A DNA stretch of 64,000 nt from Trichoplax adhaerens (lineage: Eukaryota; Animalia; Placozoa), in the NCBI RefSeq assembly GCF_000150275.1, contig NW_002060945.1, positions 4,141,397-4,205,396 on the forward strand. Direction: 5' to 3'. Below, piece by piece: positions 15,351-29,300 of this stretch (its first letter is position 1; every line of letters begins with the position of its first letter). A program made the position numbers and the translations under genes. Below the pieces are notes generated by a model that had not been told where the DNA came from, searched no databases, and was given only the letters and a program-made list of their open reading frames with translations.

Positions 15351-17346
15351 ATGTGTATGTGTACGATAGAGTACCGAGAAAAAAGGTATTTGATGGTGGG
15401 CTTGATTATAATCCAGATATTAGGAATCAGAGATTGCCATTGAGGACTTTAGTATTCACTAATAGGAATGCTTTAACCATTTTTAGATTTACAATGATTA
15501 CATGCTCAGTGCTATAAAGTATCAGTCAGAATAAATAGACATTATAGAATAATGTTGAAAATGTGTTCTGTAAATGATAGACAGATGAGAAAAAAGATGT
15601 ATGACAACGTACTTAAATATTGTAGTCTAAGTTATAGCTTTCTATACTGACTACTAGATTAGCGTTGAAGCAAGAGTGTACTATATCGCCCATGATGAAG
15701 ATTGTTTTCGCAGATTATAAATTCTAAAACAAGTTATTAAACCTTAAAATCGGAAATTATATATCGTACAATAAATCTGCATATGTTTAATTTAAATTGA
15801 ACTGAAATATGATATTATAAAATCTGATGTAATATCGATAAAGCATATTCTGTAAGTGATAAGGTGCAGAACAAAGTATCGAAATAGGAATAGTAAATGA
15901 TTTATTAGAAAAGTTCTCTCCTAAAATATAGATTTCACAGAGTAATTTCTCAAAACCGTTCAAAAATTAAGAACTTCTATTTTGGTCTACTAATTAATAG
16001 ATATATATTTCAGTACTTCAAAGTATCCCGTAGAATATACCGTACAGCTCTACTCTAGATTTTAATTATGCTTGGTACTACTCTACCATAGCAGGTATAC
16101 TTGTTTATATACTTTGCTCATCATGTCTAGTACCCAGTGGTAGAAATTAATTTTTGGTCAATCTATGCCATGGCTTAGTAGGAAAGGATAAATACCGCAC
16201 TGCTTAGATTTACCAAAATTAAAATTTCAACCAATCTACGATACAATTTAATATTAAGTTCGGATATAATACTGTACTTTTAGAATCCTCTGCTGTGGTC
16301 TATTTTGATGTTAATCTAAACATGATAGTTAGATATCAATACACTTGCTCTAAGCACCTGGTAGTGAACAGTATTAACTCCATTTTTATTTAATGATCAA
16401 TCTTATTAAAGATTAAAATATTTATGAATCGATATTCTATCTTATTAGTTCTCCTTTTTTGGTATAAATCTAAAGGAAAATTGAGGTAAAAATTGACTAT
16501 TTCTATGTAATTCATTTTTGTTTCCTTACTCCAACCTGAATTAATTACAAATAAATAAATTTGAAAGAAGACAACGTCATCAGCAACACTTAAAATTTTT
16601 CCCAACCTTATAAGCTAGGCATTCTTACAAGATTTAATTGCATTATTTATCGAAGAATTAGGGTAGAGGCCAGTAGGGGAAATTGCGAATTATATGCCAT
16701 CTGAATTAATTAATTATGTCGAGTATTATTGATTAGTAGAGCGTATCGACTATCTGTGATAAGCAATTTTTTGTACAATAAATATCATCTATCAATTATC
16801 GATAATACATCGCTTTATTCAAGTACTAATAGTACAAAAAAACGGAAAGTCGCTAAGATTTCAACTAGAAAATAGAAAATTTTTTTTAGCAATCCTTATC
16901 AATTACTTTATATTCTTGCCTCTGCTTACTCTGTATGGATTAATATCGATATTTACCACTCGTTGCAACAAAATCAACAGTAGGAGGTATCGATAGAGTA
17001 CCAGATCATGTTAGAGTAGTTACTATACTCGATACATTGATGGAGAATAAATTAAAATTTAATTACGGCCTCATTATTATCTATTGTTATGTTAACGACT
17101 CTATTGAATACACAATAAATACAATTTACATATATGCACAACTGCGTCTGTGTGATATTGTATATCCTAGGCAACAAAAGATGCAACTTCCAAGCCGTAG
17201 TAACCAAAATCAAAGCTAAGGAATGTTTGTTAATTAACACCGAACAAGAACATCTTTATTCATAATTCGATGTTGGTCAAAATTTAATTAATAGTACGTT
17301 GAAATTGGATAATGACGATCAATAGTAATCTATATATGTACAGAAA

Positions 17347-20300
17347 ATGGATGATATTAAACTAGATTCATGGAAAAATGAGTTGGCACGCATTAAGTAT
17401 ACTCTTAAAACCACAGAATCATATCCACTAACATTGCATAATGGCTTGCAGGTATGGTAAATTTATCAAACAGTTTTCTTTCCACATCTTATCCTACATT
17501 ACAGTTACGAATTTATTCTGCAACTACTGGTTGATTAACTTTAGATTCAATTAATAACTTAAGGACTATGAACTAATTATACTTATATTAAAATTTATGT
17601 ATAACGTGGGTTGTTTATGATTTAAATAGAAAGAATCTTTAATTTATGATGACCTTACATTTCGTTGCAATAGTTACTGCTAACTATCCAACTATTCTAT
17701 CTCTTGTATCTTCGAACTCTTATTAGTTAGCCATATCATAGGATAGATAGTAAGCAGTGCTCAAACTTGATAATGATATGAAGTCATTTATACCGCATAT
17801 TACCTGATGTGATTACGCTGATTTAACAGCTCCAATCAATAACATATAGAAGCTACAATGTACTCTGCGATTTTAGTGGATCCTAATAGATTTAATCTAA
17901 TGATAAAATTGGCAGTCTTCTTACTAGCTAATGTAAGTGAATTTATTGGCCTTCTAAAATTCAAATATAAAGTCATATATATTTGAATCGAATATATGCT
18001 GAAGTAACAATGTCATCTAGTAAAAATGATCCCTCTATTAAACTGCTGCTACAAGTCAGTGTAGCTACTATTCACAATTTTTAAACTATGCCTGAGGTAT
18101 CAGGTGGCACAGTTTGAGATCTCTTACTCCTTTTTAGTTCATTAAAGTCTCTAGCTAGTGTACATTACGTTATTCTCCAAATATAAGTTATAAACAACAT
18201 GGTAAATTAATATTCATTACTAGGATTTATTTTGCATATAAAAATGCGTTCAATGCTGTTTTGCACACTTAAAATTTCAATTTAATGATACAGCTCGAGC
18301 ATCAAATGGTCCATCCTTTCCCTGTTCGATGTATAACATACGCAAGCGCTAAAACAGGTACAAATTACAAGATGAGTACAAGTTATGATTATCCTTATCA
18401 ATAATTATATATGAAATCTCTGCTCTTGAGTATATTGATTACCACTGAATATAGACTTGATTAGATAAATATATCTTGACATGTACTGTTTATAAATTTT
18501 TAGGACAGCAATTTATTTCTCATCTGGGGAGTGGATCTAATACTCAGATTAACATTTGGACGATAGCAAATGCAGGATTTACAAAAAAGTTTCAAAGGTA
18601 TAATATTCTATTCATTTTTAATTACTGTACCTGCCGCTATTTAATTAAAGGATTTACAGGATATCATTTTAATAAAACATAATTAATTTTTGTTTTTATG
18701 TTATTTTTTTAGAATTAAAATACAATCAATAACTATCAATCATCTTACTTATGTTGCCAAGCATAGAGTAGGTTTATTCTATTCGATATTCTTCCATCTA
18801 ATAGAATCCTATAAATTATCTTCTCTTCATATAAAAAATATTGGAAAGTAAATACAAAAAGCTAACTTTATAATTTATAATTTCGCTCAACTTTTTTAGG
18901 TTTTTGTTGGATTTTGCCAGGATTTATATCTTCGTGTATTCTCTAGCGTATTTGATGAATTATCTCGAGCCTTATGTCCAACCACAGTTTTAAGGTCGCT
19001 ATAACAAATATATTGCAGTTGACTTCGTAATCGTAAGAAGAACATAAGCTATTTGATATTTATAACTTTCTAATATATATAAAATAATTCTTCTACTACA
19101 ATAGTGTATTTTATAATGAACCTACAGATGAAATCTTTACATGTGGAGTCGGTAAGCTTACTTCATTTTTCTCTCTACGAAAAACATATGCAACTCTACT
19201 TCATCTCGTAAAACAAGTAATTTTCACAATGTAATTCTCTAACAGGTTTTATTTCTATATGGAAATTCGGAAATAAGGTAATTGTTTGATAATACATATG
19301 CGTAAGATACAGTTTTGCTCCTTTGGTAGCATGCCATTTATTATTATATATCTTTTGCTAGATAAATGATCCATTAGAGCCAGGGCGCAACATTCCGACG
19401 ACCGTTACACCAGATAAGGTTAAAAATATGGCTTATATCATGAATTTATCTCACAGCATTATAGCAGTATAACTAGCATTAATTGGTATTAATATCTATA
19501 TTCACAGTGGGTAACTGGATTTGAAGTTTATCCTAATGCCGAAAAATTATTAGCAATCAGTGGCGATGGAATTTTCGTACTGGATTACTATGTAAGTCAA
19601 TTTAAACTTTATATAAATTTAACAATTGATGATTTACAGTAAAAAAATGAGCGTTTTTATACAAAATGGCAAGTGATAGTGCGAAATCTATCTCAAATTT
19701 TACATTAAAATTGATTTTGTAGTTTATTGGAAATACTCTATCAATACTAATAAGTAATTCCTTCTGAAATTGCTAATAGAAGAACCAACTTTGTTGTTAC
19801 TTTTATAGCACAACGAACAAGTCAATTTCTTCAAAAACTGGCATGATCTGTCTTTAACATGGTAAAGTATTAAACTCTAAATTTTATATTTTGATTTCAA
19901 CCGATGAGAACTTTGTAGTAAAGTAGATTTGATCTAATTTTTTTCTTGATGTACGCATTCCAGCTGTGCCGTTTATAGGCCGTTAGAATATATTATTACA
20001 GGAGCTAAGGATGGTCCAATTAAAGTAAAAATTAAACTCTAGTTCTATAAAATTAGTCTAAATTTTGATCACTGTCATAAAACTTTCTTAAGTTCTTTTG
20101 AACCTAAATAATACTATTGTTCACTAAATTATTGCGCTACCTGTCCTGAAACTTCATTCCAATAGGTCTGGAATTTAATGGTTTACAGCTTAATTCATAC
20201 CTTCCATGGTCATTTACAAAGTGTAACCGGATTAATTGTGCATCCTCATGAGCCATTGTTGTTATCTAGCTCGACAGATCATACTCTGAGAACATGGAGA

Positions 20301-23300
20301 CTAGATACATTTGAAGAAGTAATACAGAATTATAACTCACAAAGATTTACAGTTACCGAATTGTTTGTTATAGCTTACTCAATGCTGCTATTTGAATTTA
20401 AATAGACATGTCGAATTAATGTCGGAGACGCTATACTTGGCATGAAATTGTTAAATAACCATCAACTATTTTATCATTCGAAAGATACTATTAAAGTGTG
20501 GAATTTAAATCATGTAAGTTATCAGTCTTGAACTTGAACAAAATACAGAGAATATCTGACTACACATCTATATCTGTATAAATTAAAGATCAATTTCATT
20601 TTATATTTCTGATGCATGTAGTAATCCTTTCGTGAAATTTAGGTAATTACTTCTCATATTATTTAGTTTTATAGCGTATTTGCGGTAATTCATTCTCATG
20701 TGATAAGAATGTCTTGCGTTATGACAAAGTAACCACAGTTGCTGTAATGCAAACGGTAAAAATATAGGCTGATAATTATATATATATGTAATTGTCCTTT
20801 AAATATGCGTAAAAGTAACGAATAGCCAGCCCTTATTTCGATTCATATTCACTATATAAATTGAAATAAATAAGGACGATGCCATAGAAGTCGAATACTT
20901 AGAAGATAATAAAGTGCCATCGCTATCGCTCCTCTTTGCTGGTCTCTACAATGGCGAAGTAAGTAATAGCCATCAAATTTACCCTTCTATCTATATTGGA
21001 TCAAAAATTAGTACTTTAGATTTTTTGAAGTCGTATGAAATTAGGACTCCATTTAACATCCCAATTCTATTAAATAGATGTCTTGATCCTTTTCGATTAA
21101 ATCAATTATAGATATCATTACTCCATGGTTCAAATACTAGAATGGAAAATATTGCAGCTCATGGAGGAGCTATAATACGATTAACAGTATCTGAGCGCAA
21201 CATCAATAGCACAGGAATTGGTCGTTATTGTAGACTTGTATCACTAGGAAATGATAGAGTAAGCATAGATTAAGATGATGCGGCAATTTATCTAAATTAT
21301 TTAGATCACATTTCAGTGAGATTCAGAACGATGAAATGGATACTTATATACCACAAAAGTATCTATATGTTTATATCACAAAGTTCTTACCGTACATGAC
21401 CTGATAAGAGTACACTTTGCCAGTTGGTTCTCTAGGGAATTTAGCATATTAATGCATACTTCAGTAGAACTTATGACAAGGAAAAGTTATGCACATCCAT
21501 AAATTACACTTAAGGGTACTTTTGCAATTAAAGCGTAAGCAGTTCATCTTACTGAGCCCTAGCTTACTGCATTCGCGTAAATTATACTGAATGTTCACTT
21601 GCTACAGTTAATCCAGAAAAGTTTTTCAGAGCTTAATATTAGAAATAACTATGCCATGATAAAAGAGATTTTTGGGAAAAGTTAAAAGATCCGACTTTGC
21701 TATCGTCTATTAATAACTATTATAAATGACGAATTATCTTAAGAAATGGTTAAAATGTGTACAATAATTGAATAGTTAAAGCAAGAGTTTCCTTGATTCG
21801 GGCAAATAATTATACCAGATACAAAACTTATGGTTTATCCCTGTTGTAAACTTTTCAGATTGTTAGAATATGGAGAGTTAATGTTATCCATCCCGAAACA
21901 ATCTATCTAAGTGGCTTACGAAGTGTAAGTTAAGCTTATTACCTGTAGCGGAATTAATTCTCCACTAATTTATTCATATCCGGTATACTGTAGGTCACGT
22001 TGGATGGTGTACCTACAAATGTCTGCATGATGGATAATGCTCTTTGTGTATCGATGAGAGACTAGTAAGTATATACCATATTTATATATCCAATTAAGAG
22101 GTTATGTAGCATTAGCTGAATGATACAGATTATATCAAAATTTGCTATAGGCTTTTCTACCGCCATTACAGGCAGTAGAATAATACGGCCTTTAAAGATC
22201 GGATTTATAAATAAAAAATTTTAACTAATGATTACCCGTTTATTCCAGTTCTACTGTCATATACCAACTCCATGAAACCAAAGGTGGTGAATATATTCAT
22301 CAACTTAGTAGCCCTGATCATACGAAAGATAATGCCAGTGATGCAGATAATAAATTAAAAAATCGCGCTCTATCCCTTAATACCTCGAAATCGGTTGGAT
22401 TGGAAGCACCTAGCTCGGAGAATCGATCAATAACTGCCATGACGACTAGAACATTTGAAACTATTGAAGAAGTAGAAAGTAGCGATAGTTTGCTCAATCT
22501 TTCACGCGAACGACATGCAACCGTACTAACCCAAGCAAGTAGCCATTGGTCATATACCGACGCATATACGGTAGGATAATTCAAAGTTTATTCAACTTTA
22601 TTTTATTTTATAATTTCGTATCTAATGATGTATATCATATCTACGTCAATTAATAGAACAAAGCAAATAATATTTCAATTTTTTCTCATCATCAAGACGA
22701 AGAGCATACGCAAGAGGTTATTTCCATATTTAGTAAAATGAATTACTGTTTATATATGCGCATATGAAATTAAGAATTTCATTATAAAAATGACTGGTTT
22801 ACATTTATATTCTGTGTATGAAATTCTAATCTCCTCTCTATATAATATAGGTGATAGACATAAGTTGCTGTTCCGCTCTGCAATTATTTGTTACATCTGC
22901 AAGAGATGGTTCGGTCAAGGTAGAAATATTTCTGTGATAGAAATTAATCTTACAAATTTTACTTATGCCAATTGAACAAGCTGAATTCTTGATAGATCCG
23001 AACGAGTTTTCATCCGATAGACTTAGTCATGATAATGATTGGAGGCAATAATCACAGTTTATTTCTATCATTTTATTGTAATGTGCACCAAATTATAATA
23101 GAATATTTGAAAGTTATAATAAATATACATGTATCGTTTAAACATGCAGTAAATTAGTATTACAGCGACTTTTACTCTTAGAAGCATGTCGTAATTAATA
23201 TCATTACTCTTTCGTTGGGAATACGTATATAAGCGTATTCATTTAGAAAATTAGATTAGGATTGATATTGATTTATAAAAATTCTATTTAATATGAGAAA

Positions 23301-26300
23301 AAAATAAAGCTGATTATTAGCATTAGTTAATGTAGTGTATTAATTTGAAATTCAGTTAACGGGTGTTGCAAAATAGAATATCAATTGTAGCTTAATTTCT
23401 CGAAAGAGTAGGGATCTAAAGTGATATCACTATAGCGTACTATTGAGGAAATATATTATTACGTAGGATATTAGTCCAAAATTAAAATACTTTGAATCGA
23501 ATAATATATATAGAATAGTGTCACAAATCACACAGTGCCGCTTTCAGCCTGATTATTGTCTAACTTATATTTAAATACTGGCATCCTTAGGTATGGGACA
23601 CTGAAAACGGTCTAGTAAGGGAGATGGTATTTGATGATAGCATTCGTGGAGTTACTTTTATGAATAAACGAGGTGATATACTTATCGGTTTCCAAAAGCA
23701 CATCAGGTAAAATTTACCTTCATAGAAACTCAGAATATATTAATGAAAGCTTCAAGTTATTGATTTATAATACCTATAAAATCTGCTATTGAATAGTATG
23801 ATTCCTGTGCATAATTACTTGCCGCCACAATATCTGGAAAAGTTAATAGAAATGGATTTTGAGGTATTTAGTTATAAGATACATATTTATAGATATGAGC
23901 AGCTAGAATAGCATAACATGGTAAATTTCTTAACTAAACTGTCACAGATGGAATCTTAGCGAATATATAGTATGTGGTTGTATAAGGAAAGATCATTGTG
24001 GGGTAGCATACAGTATTTCTTATATGTTAACTACTTAACTAACTTTAGGATGAACCAATTGAGGAACCAGCACCATTTAATACTGAAGCTCAATTCTGGT
24101 ATGAGAGACGAAAATATTTCTTCAACATTCAACTTTTACGATATCTTTAGTTCACTGAGCATTGTTGCTTTTGCAAATATGATCAAGATTATGTATTAAT
24201 CGCCTACTGAACGTCAACATATATGTATAAAAACTAAATATTTACTAAACTCGTCCTTTAAAGGTACAAGAAAGATAGTATACCAACATTGCCTGTACCA
24301 TTGGAATGGCGTCTTCAAGATCATCCTAATTATGATCTAAGAGCTATTCGTATAGCCAATATGTCGATGAATAAGACGGAAGCCTTCCATCCAACGTTAT
24401 TGTCTAGATTATACTATGGTCTTAGCAACACAGAATTTATATCAAAAGATGATATAGGTATTAAAATTTTATACTAGCTAAATAGCGTTAGGCAATAGCT
24501 ATCTACGGTAATTTAGACTAAAGTAGTAGTTCATATCCCACTGATGAGAACATATATCATTACTTTACATTTCTTGAGAGTTTATCAATCTTTAGCCAGC
24601 TGAAGATTGGCTTAGATGCTTTTAAATATTCTTCAATCGTCTACTGAGTATGAGGTTGTGCATTATATCATATCACTCAAGGATACATTTGTAATTCTGC
24701 ATTTTTTACTAGACTGTACGCTAACTATAAAATTTTAATCTATTACGAACAGCATTCTAAGAAAAATTTATCGTTGACAAGCACTATTGTATTGTACTTC
24801 ATAGATTAAAGCAACCCTCGAATACTTAGACTAGTTATATAAATGCTTTGTAATCTTTTATTCACAGAACGAGGCGAAAAAGCCATACGAATTTTCCTGA
24901 AGCAAGGCGTTCTTATTAAGAAGCGACTAAAAGACAAATTGCATTCGCTAGCTAGACGAGCAAGAGCACGAACATTAGTGCTCAAGGAAGAGTCGGAGCC
25001 TGCTCAAGTTACTGATGTGAGAGTCTAAATCAAATCAATAATTGTTGAACTACAGTACTTTACATTCCAAGTTATACATTGTTGGAGAATTTCCGAGTGT
25101 TATAGTAGTTAATTTAATAAAGCATTTATTTTACTTTTTCAGCTTATTTCCAAGAAATCTGAAGGAAATAGTCGAAAAACAAGCTTAACCAATGCTTCTA
25201 ATGATTTAGTAACAGGCAATAATGTTGACGATAGTGATATTCTTTCGCAAAATATTTATAAAGGTAAACCATATCTCGTCATAGCGAAAGCTTCAATTAG
25301 CGTAGTGATACAACAATAAATAATTGCCCTAACCAACTTATATTCAATATTTGAAAATAATAGATGAAATGGAGGAGTCTGAAGTTAAGAAACTTGATGC
25401 TATGGTAGATGGAATGATTACTGAAATTGCATCCGTTGTGTTCGATGATAATTTCTCCTTACTTTATCATGACGGTAGGTATTTACTTCGTTCAATGTAA
25501 TATTATCCGTAGATATTACGATATTTTGGATATTAACCGGGTTGATTACAATTGATTTAGTCTATAAATACGGTACTATAGTAAATATTTCCATCATTAT
25601 AATTCCATTCATTATCAATGAACTATGAACTAATTTATACACAATTTGATTATTACGTAGGATATGTTCCTAATTCAGTTGCGCGAAAACTTTTGGAAGA
25701 TTTCATGCCCGACCTTCATAGCGTCGTCGTTCTGCCACCAGCTCAGGTAAATAGCAGTCTGCTCTAATATAATATTGAATAACAAAATAATTTCTGTTCA
25801 CCGCTATGCTATTCAGAGCGTAATTGTAATTTTGAATTTTTGCAACATTGCAACATGTTGACTGATTATAACAGAAAAAGAAAGACCCATCGATGGAGTT
25901 TGAAGTCTTACCCGAAGAAAACGATGAGGAAGATCGCGTGTTCATTTGGGTAAACATTTTTAGCTTGCATAATACACTTGGATATTATCATATTATATCA
26001 CTTAAAAAGAACGTATAGTAATTGATTAATAGTCTAAATTGCGTTAATGCTTGTATGAAATGAATTCTAAGCAAGTTCATAAACGTTTGTACTTAAAAAG
26101 GCATTATGCAATATTAATCATCGTGCTTGTAGGAAAAATTTTTTTACAAACGCACAATTTCATAACGAAATAATCCTTATTCTACAACTAGAGCGATAGC
26201 AACTCAGAAAAAGAAAGCAAAGAAACAGATACGTCCAAAGAAAAGCTAGTAGACAATCGCACTCGCACGTATACATTTGATTTCTCTGGCAAAAGAATTA

Positions 26301-29300
26301 AAAAACGTAATTATTTCCATGATTGGATAATTCATAAATTCAATCTATATCAGCTGTAATATATAAATTATTGTACGACCAAACTAGACGCTGTGATAAT
26401 CAGCTCTATTTTACTATTTAAGCAATCATATTTTATCGATTTACTGCATTATATTCTACTAAATTCGCAATATAAGTAACTGTTTATTTGGGCTTAAATA
26501 TTTGCGGCTAATAAGAGCCAAACTGGTTAAAGCTGAATGAGTACTTGCAATTAATTAATACTCAACAACTCCAAATTCTACTCTTGCGTGTCATCATCAA
26601 TAGCTTTTAAAAAGAAAAAGAAGGAGGAATCCAAAGATTCTAATGCAGCTCAAGAGGTAAATTATAAAATGATTATGAGCTAAGACGTTTTTATGGGATA
26701 ACATGTAAAGATACTATTGATAATTACCAAATCTCTATTCTAATCTGATATTAACTCAATACTATTTTAAGACCTTAAATTAATATTTATTAAAATTCCT
26801 TTGCGTTGACTAGACTGTAGCCAAATCCAAACCACGTAAAGGGGTTAGAATTCGATTTCAAAAACAGGTATAAATACATTTACAGCTTTATTAGGGCTTA
26901 TCAGAATTACGAGAGGCACTAATGTCTATGATTATATGCGAATTTTCAAAGTTTTCAAAGTTTCATTTCCTACAAATTTTAAATTAATATCATATCTAGT
27001 CTTTGCCACCTCCGACGGAAAAGAAGTCAGTTAAAGTGGCAAAAGACGTAAGAAATAATCAAATGACTATATATAATAACAATTTATCCTTCATCATGTT
27101 AATTAGCACACTTCGTTAAGAACTCCTACATAAATTCATACAGTATCATTCATTTTCGGCTATTATGAATATTTCCATTCTATTAATTAATAGCTAATAA
27201 CTAAAATAATGCACTATCGTAATTAGAATCTAGCTGATTTAGTTTACGAAGGCGATAGATCACTAGAAGATGTCTTGAAAAGATTAGCTAAATTGGGTTT
27301 CATGCCAAGAGGAATCTCTCAAACTAAAGATTCAATTCTAAAAGTATTCTGTAAGTGATAGAATTTGCTTTAATGCAGCCGTAAATATTTAGACATACAC
27401 ATACAGAAACATGCAGTAACCTATCGTAGCGTGCAATTGTCTATATTCCTAAGTCTCAGACTTTGCGGTATTTTATTTAAATGCCTATCGAGTACTGTAA
27501 TTCTCTGGTAGCTAAATATTATATCTGACAATTCCTAGTGATGATGATTGATCATTGTACGACGGTGGTACACCAGGAAATATGCGCTGGCATAATATCC
27601 ATCAATAAGTAAGAATAACATTCGTGAACGATATTCTTAAAGGATGATAAAAATAGCAAATTTAAAAAAAATACTTTTATAACTTTAATCTTCCTCCACT
27701 TAGATTTAATGGCTTAGATGAAAATGATATTGATACTGTGGTCAAAAAGTTAATCGAACAGTTAAATCACCCATTGCCACAAGTGCGATTGAACGCTACT
27801 CAAGCATTATCTACGATGGGTATCAAAAATAAAAGTATTATGGTTGCCATGCTGCCTCGACTTGTCGACAGTCAGGTATTGATATTATAAAAAAAGGAAA
27901 TAGGATAGATATTCTGGAATGATCCTATCGTCTGTTACTATTTATGGTAATGAATAATATTTGCTCTATTTTATTCCCTAGGCAAGTATTCGTGACGAAG
28001 CCAAAGTTTTATTAGAGAGTATGGGAATCAAATCGAGGCAAATTATTATTTTTAATTCATTTTATCATTTATAAACTTCGCATATCTGAGTCTATTAACA
28101 TAGTTTCCTCTTTCATCACCAATAGGGAAGATTTGATTAAATTAATGGAAGAATTAGGAGCTTTAAAAACAGTAGAGCAAGTTGATGAGGTAAGTCTTTT
28201 CGAATTGCTTAAGTTAAAATTACTTATATAAGGGCACGTGTATAACTAAATCGCTTAGATTTCTGAATGAAAGGCTTCTCAACATCTTTATATATCAATA
28301 ATACCTACTTGAAATTATCTAACAAGTACCATCTATTTTGATTTCTATACAAATGTGTGCACATTTAGGCGGAGTTAATAGCCGATATTGCGGATAGACA
28401 GGTTAAAGGAGAAGACATGGAAAATACGGATCGGTATGCTTTTATCATCGAATTATATAACTAACTGTTACTAATTTATATTTACGACCATGTAAATCAC
28501 AGAGAGCATTTATTATACTAACGTTTATTTCTACAAATATCCTTGTCACTATTTAATATTTATAATCATAAGAATGTCAGCTTGGCTTGCTGATGTGCCT
28601 TCAGAAGAGAAAGATGTGATAGATGATTTTCTTGAAGGTGCAGAAGTCCCAGCGGAAGAGGAAAACGCGGTAAGTACCGGTATACTCGTATAAGCTTTTG
28701 CATCTTTTAGTCTTACAAATGATACTAGGATAAGTTATAATTAATGATATTTAAGCGCTAGTAGCTACGGTAGTAGAAGATATTTGCATATGATATACAA
28801 AACATGATAATCAATTCATCAGTAATATGTCTGCATAAAATAATACAAAATGTGATTAGGTAAGCCAAGAAGAACTAGGTTTATCGGAAGAAAAATCCGA
28901 TACCATGGTCCCTTCAACTACAGAAAAGGATGTAATTCATACAAATGATGAAGTAAGTGATAATATGGAAGAAAAAGGAGAGCAAGAGATTGATTTTGAT
29001 GAGCAGGAAGCGGACGATAATAAAGTCAGCGATCATTTAGATGAGAACGAGGCAGAAGATGCAGCATCAGCCGGTACTAAATCAATGTGGAAGTCAAGAA
29101 AGCAAAAAATTATTGGTGCTACTAGGATGCGCTATAACCTCTTAATTCATCGTTCCAAGACCAAACTGGAAAAAAATAACGATGAGAAGGATAATGAAAA
29201 AGTTGCTAACCAGTCTGATATAACGTTTAAAAAGCTAAAAAAGTTAAATCGCAATGCTGGAGGCGGCTTAAGTGATCATTCTACGGATGGAAGTAGATCC

